64,000 bases of DNA. Origin: Tubulanus polymorphus (lineage: Eukaryota > Animalia > Nemertea). The notes under the pieces were generated by a model, which did not search any database, was not told the DNA's origin, and saw only the letters and a list, made by a program, of their open reading frames with translations. The position numbers and the translations under genes are program-made. Every line of letters starts with the position of its first letter. Within the stretch, counting starts at the first letter, position 1. Positions 53,986 through 64,000 of this stretch are shown piece by piece. The stretch is taken from positions 30,236,299 to 30,300,298 of the forward strand of contig NC_134025.1 of the NCBI RefSeq assembly GCF_964204645.1, in the 5' to 3' direction.

Positions 53986-54978
53986 TGATTCTGTGTTGAC
54001 AACCACCAGAAACCGATCCATCATTTCTCACATTAGATGTATGATGATGTGTAAAAGCTAAATGGTCGTTAGTTAATGATGTTTATTGACATTATTCTTA
54101 TGGTTAGAATAGTGTTAACGCATTAGTCATGCCGGCGTGCCAAGTGGTCGAGTTGTGACCAAATAAAACTGCTCTCTGACTGTTAACAGATATTACTGGA
54201 AATCACTCACCGACCGAGGAGACTTTTTATTTTCTCATAACATGAATCATGTGATTTATATTTCTAATTTACCCATTTCGATCAAAACAAAATCACAAGT
54301 GTTCAGTCTTTCTGGTATTTGGAATTCATCAATTCCACATAGCCTGCTTCAGTATGGACACCGGAGTCTAATTGTACCCTCAATCTTAGATACTACTCTT
54401 CAAAATCAAAAGATCCGAGTCTACTGTATCATCCAACGCAGATATCACTCTCAAGTCAACAGGTCCAATCTCAACTGTACCCTCATCTCAATCTCAGGTA
54501 TCACTCTTAAGTCGGTTAGAATACATCAAACTTCATCAAAAACCTCATCAAACTAAACATTGTTTTAGCATACATGATTATATATATACCAGTAAAGTTT
54601 AGATGAAGGTGCTTTACGCAAGGTATATTACGTAAAAAGACCAATTTTTAATCATATGTGCACATGACATACTGCGTGGGTTGTATTGATGTATAATGAT
54701 TATTATAATTATTCATTTGACGTAGTTGAGAAATGAATGATAGATTATGATCTGTTGTTATATAATGATAATGGTTTCCTCTGTTCTCTACGCTGCATAT
54801 CCAGTTTCACTCTGATCAGTTTGTGTCTACTGTCGTGTCGCGGTTGATCAGTATTTTTAGTCGCCATAGAAACATAATTGTTACATCGTCGGCAGTGCTC
54901 TTCAATTTGGGGGAGGGGCAGTAACAAGACAATTGGCAACTGGAAACCTGTTTTACTAAGAAACTGTTAAACGTTTAA

Positions 54979-55209
54979 CCCTTTCAGTCCATCTACATAG
55001 CAGTGCGGTGTATGAATTGATGATGGAGTTTGCTAGTACAGCGCCCCGCGGTGTATTGATGTAATAAGTGATTCATTTTTATCCCTATTGAAAGATGGCA
55101 GCACCTGTCAAACATAGTGAAATATTGGTAACTAATGATACACGGCACCGCAGTGTAGATGAGCGTATGCCTGTTATTCAATAATCCTGGGTAGTCAATT
55201 CAGAAAGGG
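54979..55209. mobile_element. piggyBac-like MITE copy
   Basis: TTAA|CCCTTTC...GAAAGGG|TTAA. The interior is the reverse complement of part of 47186-47449. Confidence 0.78.
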
Positions 55210-55369
55210 TTAACTGGAAAAGTGCTGATAGTGTAGACAGAGATCTAACGAGTTAGAATCAGTTCATTTCAAATGTATTGATCTCGAAATTTTCCCGATT
55301 TTGTTTTGTTTGAATAATCAATTTTAACGATAAATTGTATTGTTTTTATTTCAGAATGTAAAGTGTGAC

Positions 55370-56782
55370 ATGGGTTGCAGTTACTCAAGATCAAATGGCG
55401 ACAGTAATCCGAATCTATTCAGTGTGTATAATGTCGATGACCAGGGTCAAGAGCTCACTGCCGGTAAAATCGAAGTCAGTGACTCGCAACTGACGCTATT
55501 CCAGAAGAACAAGGAGCCGATAAAATGGCCGCTGCGTTGTTTACGTCGGTACGGCTTCGACGCGGAGTTGTTCTCGTTCGAGAGCGGTCGCCGGTGCCCG
55601 ACCGGTTCGGGTATCTACGCGTTCAAGTGTCGTCGCGCGGAGGCGTTGTTTAATCTGTTACAGGAATGTATTCATCGAGCCGGTCAAGAGGAACACCGTT
55701 ATAACACATCGGCGACCTTGACCTCGTCGTCGGCGATCCGTAGCAGTTCGCTGGCCGAGTCGTCGTACGTCAGTCCTACAGCGCCGGCCGTACCGATACA
55801 ATCACCGCTGACAGCGCCATCTGACGACGGCGAACTGAACAATGATGCCGGTCATCATTATATAAACGGTGATGTAGCGCACGGTAGTCCGCAGAACGTG
55901 CTCGGTGCCGGTGCTGTCACTCACGAGTACGTCAACTCCGCCATCTGCTCATTACCGCGACGACGAAGTTCGACCGACACAGAAACCGCCGATATCGACA
56001 TGGAGTTCGACGCCGGGTCGGAGGATGTGCTGGTCGACGTGGTAACCGGAGAGAACGGTGTCGTGAATTACACGATGATTAATTTACCGCGCGGAGGTGT
56101 CGCGAGCGTTCGTCGCTCGTCGGAGGAAGACGAATCGTCTCGACGCGATAGTCGCGAGTCGCGCAGCACCGTCGGTCAAACCGAGCCGTACATGAACATG
56201 GAAATGTTGGGTATCGTCGATACAAAGCCGGAAGTCTCGTCGTATATGAACGTGGAGGCTGCGACGATTAGTAACGGATCAACTGGGAAACAACAGCAGC
56301 AGCAGCAGCAGCAACGTAAAAACAGCGGTTTATTACTACGTCGTGCGTTACAGAGACAGACGTCTTTAGAACAGCACAGTTACGCGAACCTCGACCTGGC
56401 CGCGCCGTCTGCGGGTAGCGTTATCAGCACAACGGCACGTAACAGTCTACCGAACACTAGCAGTAGTAAAGTGAATTATATACAGTTAGATTTAGAGCAG
56501 CACGTCGACGTAAACGGCGCCACCTGTAGTGGAGCCGCGCCGGCGTCCCCGAGCAGTATCGTCTCCAGTCCCGAATCACCGAGTAGAAAAGTACAAAATG
56601 GCGGCGGCTCCGGTGCCGATAGCACGGACAGCTACGCGATGATCGACTTCAACAAAACGGTCGCGTTGTCTAATACATCGAAGGCAGCATCGGTGGACGA
56701 GGGGTCGCGTAAAACCAGACACAGCAGCACGGTCAGCGATAAATACCTGACGATCGTTACCGCGATACGAGAGGGTAATTAA
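55370..56782 (+). CDS. FRS2: FGF receptor substrate 2/3-like adaptor, 470 aa, single coding exon
   Basis: N-myristoylation start MGCSYS and an IRS-type PTB domain (WPLRCLRRYGFDAELFSFESGRRCPTGSGIYAFKCRRAEALFNLLQ). It has several YxN Grb2-type sites, Shp2-type NYIQL and YAMIDF sites, and the conserved RKTRH.ST end. The ORF track's upstream extension is intronic (acceptor at 55354). Confidence 0.92.
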   Translation: MGCSYSRSNGDSNPNLFSVYNVDDQGQELTAGKIEVSDSQLTLFQKNKEPIKWPLRCLRRYGFDAELFSFESGRRCPTGSGIYAFKCRRAEALFNLLQECIHRAGQEEHRYNTSATLTSSSAIRSSSLAESSYVSPTAPAVPIQSPLTAPSDDGELNNDAGHHYINGDVAHGSPQNVLGAGAVTHEYVNSAICSLPRRRSSTDTETADIDMEFDAGSEDVLVDVVTGENGVVNYTMINLPRGGVASVRRSSEEDESSRRDSRESRSTVGQTEPYMNMEMLGIVDTKPEVSSYMNVEAATISNGSTGKQQQQQQQQRKNSGLLLRRALQRQTSLEQHSYANLDLAAPSAGSVISTTARNSLPNTSSSKVNYIQLDLEQHVDVNGATCSGAAPASPSSIVSSPESPSRKVQNGGGSGADSTDSYAMIDFNKTVALSNTSKAASVDEGSRKTRHSSTVSDKYLTIVTAIREGN

Positions 56783-57060
56783 ATACCTGACGATCGTTAC
56801 CGCGATACGAGAGGGTAATTAAATACCTGACGATCGTAATCGCGATACGAGAATGTCATTAAATACCTGACGATCGTTACCGCGATACGATAGGGTAATT
56901 AAATACCTGACGATCGTAATCACGATACGAGAAGGTAATTAAATACCTGACGATCGTTACCGCGATACGAGAGGGTAATTAAATACCTGACGATCGTAAT
57001 CGCGATACGAGAATGTCATTAAATACCCGACTAATGTGATCGCTTTATGAGAGGGTAATT
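56741..57060 (+). repeat. 40-bp minisatellite, 8 units, overlapping the FRS2 stop codon
   Basis: Unit aaatacctgacgatcgttaccgcgatacgagagggtaatt repeats at 56741, 56781 and so on to 57021; the last unit is degenerate. Confidence 0.97.
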
Positions 57061-60000
57061 GAATAAGAATGTAATCCCAAGGATTTAATACAGAATTTAT
57101 GAGCGCAGAGCTGCCAATGTTTCATACGTAATGCCATACGTAAGATGTGACCGAACATGGTCAACTATAAAAGTTATTTAAACGTTTCAATATATATTCA
57201 AAACTGATTTAGTCAAACCTGCTTGAGTGGAATCCTCACTTGCCACAATGGACTGGAAGAGTAGTTGAGTTTAAAATAATATTTATAGTTGTGTGGGTTC
57301 TAACAGTAGTGAGTGATGATAGTTCGGTCGGTGCTAATTGTAACTAATACAGCGTAGTCATTAGATTGAAACTGAATGAGTCTCATTTCTGTAAATTGAA
57401 TATTTATATTCCAAATTTGTAAACAAAGATGATGATTTAAGGCTTGGTTAGGGCTTGGTTTCGTTTGTGACTGATGAACCAATGTGAATAAGACCATACT
57501 TCTCTCTCCTATCTTTATTATTTTTCTGTAAAGCTGATATCTCATTAAAACTTTAAGATGTTATGGATGATGTTTATGCGGTAAAGTTGAAGCGAGACCT
57601 CAATGATTTATAGTGAGGTCACCGAGAGACCACAGCCTCGCCATCCTCGCTTGCCAGGGGTCCGGTATCACTCCCGAACTCGCTTCCACCAGCGCCCCCT
57701 GGCCTCACGAAGCGTGATTTCATTACTGGCGCTGTTGCGCGTGACGTCATATATCGATTTGCGAAATACTTCCTTGTTCGGTAAAACGTTCGCTGATTGG
57801 TCAATTTAACGGGAAAACAAACAGAAGTCTACTGTCGGTTTGTTACAAGCGCTGTGATTGGTACGACCAGATTCTGGTCGGCTAGTAACGACTCCAACGA
57901 CTCGTGAGGTCAAGGGGTTCGGGGAACAGCTTTAGCGTAGTGGGTTCGAATCCCTTGACGGGTGAAGATGTAGCCTCGCTGGTTTATGTAATACTTGTAG
58001 CTGTTGTGCTGTTTGATAGTTCTTCTATTTCTGTAGCATCATAAAAATCAGCTGAATATTTCGACAAACCATGTTTCATATTTATTGCTGGAATGTCATT
58101 TTGTTGTGCGTACAACTATTATATATGCTGATAATCAATAAATGTGTACGCTATGACATGTACATGTACATACATGTATAGATACATTCCATCTCGGAAT
58201 AATTATCTTGTGAAGATAACCAGCTGATGATGTATGTACAATTCTCACACACACTATCTCCATGATGCTTCTATAAACTTTACTTATGCATTTCCTTTGA
58301 GATTATTTTTATTGAGTTACGTACTGTATTAAATACTGATACTAGTCAGAGGAGGACGGCTGGAGGAAGGGGCATTATCTATAGCTGGAGAGGGGAGCGA
58401 TAGTTCATTGATTTGCCTATTACTTGGCGAGGAGGATTAGATTATTTTCGGTAGTCTAGAGCTGCTTGGGTCGGGTCAGGGGGAGGGTCATACTTACTAT
58501 AACCATTATTTAAGCATCGACTTAAGAAATACTCATTCTGTTGAAAGATATTTTACCGTCAATTCATGCAAAATATAACGACAGATGATTTCTGACATAC
58601 TAGTTTCTGATCATTACAAATAATGGCGGCAGGTTTTAAACTGCTGTTGATGTTTGATATTTTGTGTCATGTATTAATCGTAACATACCGGTAAATCTTC
58701 GAACACTAATTAATATTTACTGTAAAAATACTCAGAGCATCGATGAATTTATTAACCTTTTTTATACATTTATTTTGTTTCTGGTACTTGGTATTTTTAA
58801 GGTAAAGCTTTATTTTCCTTGTTCTATCATATTTTTGATGACTACCAGTTGAAAATCAGAGGTACAGTAACCCTAGTATTTAATTTTTGTCGGCATAATT
58901 GTTTGTTTTTAAAGTCAGTTTCGAAAAGTCTTTATTCCTTGCATAATGCATTTATATTCTTGCCACCAATCGAACCTATTCTTACCGAAAGTATTAACAT
59001 TGTCATAATTAGGTAAAACATTATGATTAAATGATGTTCTATACATGCTATTTTATGCTTTGTGAAATTGACCCCTGGTTCTAAATGAGCCTTTATTTGA
59101 TTAAGCATTTCTAGGAGAATTTTTCAGGCCTCAAGACAGGAATAAGTCGAAAATAGTGCGTGTATATTCGAGTTAATTACTAAAGATGACATTGTTATGT
59201 TCTATTTCGACTTATACCTGATTCGAGGCACATTGTATCAAATCAATCTTCAACATTAGTAAAATTTGGTGTTATTGAAAGTAGTCAGTCATATGATATA
59301 CCTCTATCGGTGAAACGCACATTGAATTCAATAGATATTAGTTTGGTGTGATCTCTAGTCTTCATAAGCCAGCGAACCTTATACAACAAACCTTGAATCG
59401 AGTAACTGAGATCAAAAAAATTGTAAAAACGTGAATATTTTAGTTTTTGATTCTGTAGGTATTGTATTTGTATTGTATACAAGATGTTATATTATGGCTT
59501 GTGTAAAGTATATGTTACATGTGCACTTGTGTATTCTACTTATTGTATTTATAAACAACTCTTCGTCTGTCGCGCTTGGATAAAACAAGTCATTTTAAAC
59601 TTATTCGAGCATTTCACCGTGTAAACTGTATGACAATGCTATGTTTTCTAAAGCTATGTTATTGACCTGTTCACACTAGTACGAAAAGTCAATCAGCGTT
59701 GCGTCTAGCTGGACCAGTGAAAACAGCCGATTCGAGGAACATGTGTGAACGCATAGCCTTGGTTTAGTGTATTCTTATTTGGTCAGTTGGGCCCAATTTG
59801 AACTAACTAACTAGGACAGCGCGAACGCGGCTTATGATTAGACAGCTTTGTATGAAAAAGACAGCATTCTGTATGATTAGACAGCTCAGTACGATTAGAC
59901 TTGTAATTACTATGTGAATACTGTTGTGAGTTTTGTGCAACTATATACTAAGAATAAGTTGCCTGTGGATAAAGCCGGTGTAAATTTCAAATATATATTT

Positions 60001-62473
60001 TGTTGACAATGACATTTTTCATGTGTCTGCAGAGAGCACGTGTTAAAAAGAGAGTAAAATGTCGCGACTCTTTAAAAATCTATTCTTATTGAATTTGCCG
60101 AACAAATATTATTGCGTAACTGACAGTAATTGCTGGTCATTAAGTCGATGATGATACAGAAAGAGTTTTGATAATGTTTTTTGAATGTTGGAAATGAGTT
60201 ATTACTGGAGGTAAATTAAATAAAAAGTACAAATACTATATACATATTCAATTGTTTCCTCAAGTTTTTAGTGGCATTTTAGTAGTTAATCTATTCATAT
60301 ATTTTGCATATTGTAGAATTGGCTGTATTCAAACCCATGGATTCATACATGATTGTAGATAATATCAGTTCATCATTGGCTGACACTAGTGCAACTGCTG
60401 TAGTAACTGACATTTGTGGTTTATATGTATAGATCTGTTTCCTTGAGTCGAGGATAGATCGATTTAGCTTCACCTCATACAGTGCCAAACAGATGATCAC
60501 GTTTTGATTGACAATCTGATTTTCAATGGTATGTGAACAAAATGTCTATAATGGTCTGAATTTGACACTATGATTTTCTATCTCTGTAGTCAGAAGGGTC
60601 AGTATAGACACCTGACCCAATCGGCTGAGCGAGTCAACTAACAGTTCATTCTGACTGTCATCACAGAGATATACAGTCCACCCAATCAATAAAGCTGCAC
60701 CAAGATTAACCATTTCTTACCACAGAATACTCCCAGTATTTAAGAGTTGGTGAATGACATCGAATTGACTGAGCATCATAACCGAGTCACCATACGAACA
60801 GCTGAACCGAGCTGATAAGGGTCAACTCGGTCTCCCGAATGAACAAAGCTAGTAATTAACGCAACAATAATCAAATGGTTGTTTGTGAACTGGTTATATT
60901 TCATTTTACATTTAGCTTTAGGACAAAAAACGTAACATGAAATTAACTTTTCAGCAGGTTCAATTTACGATTTTCTTAACATATCGATAATAAATATATA
61001 ACTTACAACAAAGACGGATTCCTGACTGCAAAACAGTAGCTTTGTGAGTGATAGATCCAAATTATATTCCACTGTATTCCAGAATATAGTCAAGAAAAGA
61101 ACACTATTGATTTTCCTAGAACTACCTTTTTGGCCTCCACTTCAGAAGAAACTAATTTTTTCACACATGTATTTACATCAAACCAAACATACACAAATTG
61201 ATTCTATGTATTCCACAAGTACACCTACTACCTCAAAAATGTCTCAGACAGAAAGACGAGTCTATTTTTCAAAATTTCCCTTTGAGGAACCCCCAAATAC
61301 CCTGTGAAAAGCTGCAGATAATTGTGAGCAACGGTGCTATATTTTTTGTAATAATAGCCAAAAAGGCTTTGTGGATCCACCTCTGCCACTGTCTACAGCA
61401 AGATTCATAAACGTCGATATACATTTTCCAAATATTCAAGGTGAAAATATATTAACATTTGGAGAGGTTTACATCGTGATTTTATATCATTTATTCAAAC
61501 AAGTAAATGTACAACAATCAGCAGCACTAGTTAATTTATGGAGACATCACGTCTATTGTCCTGACATAATCTGTAATTTGTAGTACTCACTGCACCCCTT
61601 ATAAATTTGAAGGCCAGCAGGGACCATAGTCGCAGACACATTGACTTTTGAAATTTTTTCAGACTCACAAAATCTTTAAGGTCCTTGAAGAAATCAAGTA
61701 GTATGAGTGAGCAGTATATAAAAATATTGGTATCATTTCTATGCAATGCTTACACCAATGTGAAAGTCATTATTATCAAGGAATGCACCAAGTTTATATA
61801 ATTTAGTATAAAACACTGACACATCTAGCCATTTATCCAGCAGAATCAGTTTAAAATGACCTGCATGAAATGCTCAGCATTTCACCTATTCAGCAGGTCA
61901 AGCCCTAAGTTAATTAATACTGCCAAAAATTGGTCACACAAAACAACAATTCAGCTGGATTTCTTTTACATACAAATAAAATATAATCAATGATACAAAT
62001 GATAGATTGATTATGATAATCATTCATATCATTAGTATAAGATCATAAAGAATTCCCTTCAGGACACTAACTTTTTGAGCAGTCGCGTGAAAACCTGGTG
62101 TAATATCAGTAAACGCAAATAGAAATAGTACCGTGTCGTTTAACTTTGATAAAAGATAGGTGCTACAAGTGCAATAATCAGGTAACTAAGTCTCATTTAC
62201 CTGATGAAGCTTCTTAAGTTAACCTATCTGCCTTAATGTTTACTCATTTTTCCTTCAAATTCAGAAATGTTCTTTCGTATCTTATCACAGTATAGATTTC
62301 TTTCTTCAAGACGTTCAAGCAGAAATTGAGTGACAAAAGATACTTTTTCAACAAATAACATTGAGAATTTTACACAAAGTTTTATATCTCAAATATTATG
62401 CTCCAAGAGCAAGTGTAAATGCCATGTTCGATATTGAAGTATTCAGTAGGATGATGAGACATATTGACAGTAA

Positions 62474-64000
62474 TCATGACGGTTGTTTAACGCTGGTACT
62501 CTGTGCAGCCATTGCTGGTGTTATTTGTTTAGTATTTGCTCGATGAAGTTTCACATTGCGATAATGAGTTTCATCACGTTTCGGTAGAATCAGTTCACCG
62601 ACTGCTATCAAATATAAAGCAATAATCGGTTCAGCTAATGCCGTTGAAAAAGTCAATTCAAATTCTGATTTAGCTGACTTTTATAAATACTTACGATCTT
62701 TGGCGAGGAGATGTCTGAAAACTTGCTTTAGTCTTTCTGTGTTTATTTTGCTGACGTCAGCATGGTTGACCATCGGATAAGGGTAGTCTTTACCGATTAT
62801 ACATTTAGCAGTTTTCTGAACTTGTATTGGAGCCATCCACGGTTCATAAATATATTTTGATGGCATATTCTTCAGTACTGGTAAATACGTTCTACAAATC
62901 AACATTATCGAATCATTATTCTACTGATTAAACATTACAAATATATAGGTCTTCAAACATGGAGATCTGGTGAATCTCGGGTACAAACAGCTGATTGTCT
63001 GAGGGGTGCAAACAGCAGATTGTCTGACTAATAGCTGCATCTAGTTTCTGAACGTACCTGACAAAATCACCACTTGGGTCAGCCCTTTTACCAAAATTCA
63101 CTGGACAATGACAATGCAAAAATTGCTCGAAGAATGAACTGCACGATAACCAAATCCAAATACCCGCATTAGTGCTCCAATCAGCATCTAACATCAGTTC
63201 ATCGAACACCTGTCAATCAAATCATCAAATTCATTTATTCATTTCATGTTGTAAGTCTCACTGCAGTAAGACATTTCTAATACTACACGTACCTTCATCC
63301 CTTCTTCCCAGGAGAGCCACAGATCTCCTCTCGTTAGAAAACAAATAACAGCGTGTCGACACAGATGATGAATCCATCCTTCTTTACGTAGTTGAGCCAT
63401 AATAGCATCGATCCATGGGAAACCAGTTTTACCCTGTAACACAACAACAGGTTTTAGATGGACAGCTTTCGTTTATACATCTACCCCTCAGAGAATCAGC
63501 TACCTAAAACATCTTCTGCCCCGACCACAGTGGATGGCAATATTCCATCAATGCTGATAATTGCTTTGAAATATATTGAGCTAACGTTCAAAGTAGTAGA
63601 TTACACCAAAATAAAGCTTAGATTTTCTGGATTTTGGGTGGAACAAAAGCCTCGCTATTTCAGCAGCCACAATGTCATAGCGTAGCCCCTTTAAAATTCC
63701 AGCAAACACTAACAGCATCATCTATTATACGTTACCTCGGCCCATTTAGCCAACGCTTCGAGATTACGATCCCACGGAATCTGGATACAGATCGGATTTC
63801 GATGCATCACGTCAAATTTCGGGTTATTTGTCGCGGTCGTGTAGAAAAATTCACGCCATAAAATTTGCCCGAATAACGACAAGGGCGGATCAACCTGCTT
63901 CTTCATCTATAAAACATACCACGATCACGTATTAAATAGATACAGCTAACTATAAACTAACCCCAAATAAAATATGTGCAGCACAAACCTTTTTATACAG
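62474..64000 (-). CDS. Cryptochrome, vertebrate/repressor type (CRY1/2-like), 3' exons; 5' part runs off the right end of the window
   Basis: [85 protein letters not shown] and the coiled-coil helix [20 protein letters not shown]. The last exon 62474-62604 is joined in frame through the donor at 62694. Confidence 0.93.

Noticed and set aside
56741-57060. CRISPR-like array
   Set aside because: The units are contiguous with no unique spacers, there are no cas genes, and the context is eukaryotic. It is a minisatellite.
60585-60870. Possible solo LTR
   Set aside because: It has TG...CA-like ends and a TATA-like motif, but I could not find a target duplication, matching inverted termini or a second copy.

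Overview
AT-rich, intron-dense invertebrate (animal) genomic DNA, with many 70-100 nt GT-AG introns. It is not prokaryotic, so most of the short ORFs in the supplied track are exon fragments or noise. Ten protein-coding genes can be reconstructed by hand. In order: SMARCAD1 (-, 3' truncated), a CLIC/EXC-4-like channel (-), a profilin-4-like gene absent from the ORF track (-), a FAM228-like gene (+), a fused NADH-type glutamate synthase/GOGAT (-, ~17 kb), an uncharacterised 308/338-aa protein (+), EXT2 (+), RNF113A (-), FRS2/3 (+) and a vertebrate-type cryptochrome (-, 5' truncated). The window also holds a decayed cytochrome P450 pseudogene, a tRNA-derived SINE, several MITE families (CAG, TTAA and 8-bp target duplications) and tandem repeats. 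The best leads are: (1) a hidden cassette of alternative exons in one GOGAT intron, starting with a partial duplicate of the VTMVPEAW exon and possibly making a truncated amidotransferase-only isoform; (2) a head-to-head PFN4/FAM228 pair with a perfect RFX X-box between the genes, mirroring the human arrangement as I recall it; (3) a 40-bp minisatellite that supplies the FRS2 C-terminus and stop codon. Gene names come from recognising motifs by eye, not from database searches, and exon boundaries were inferred from splice signals and reading frame.
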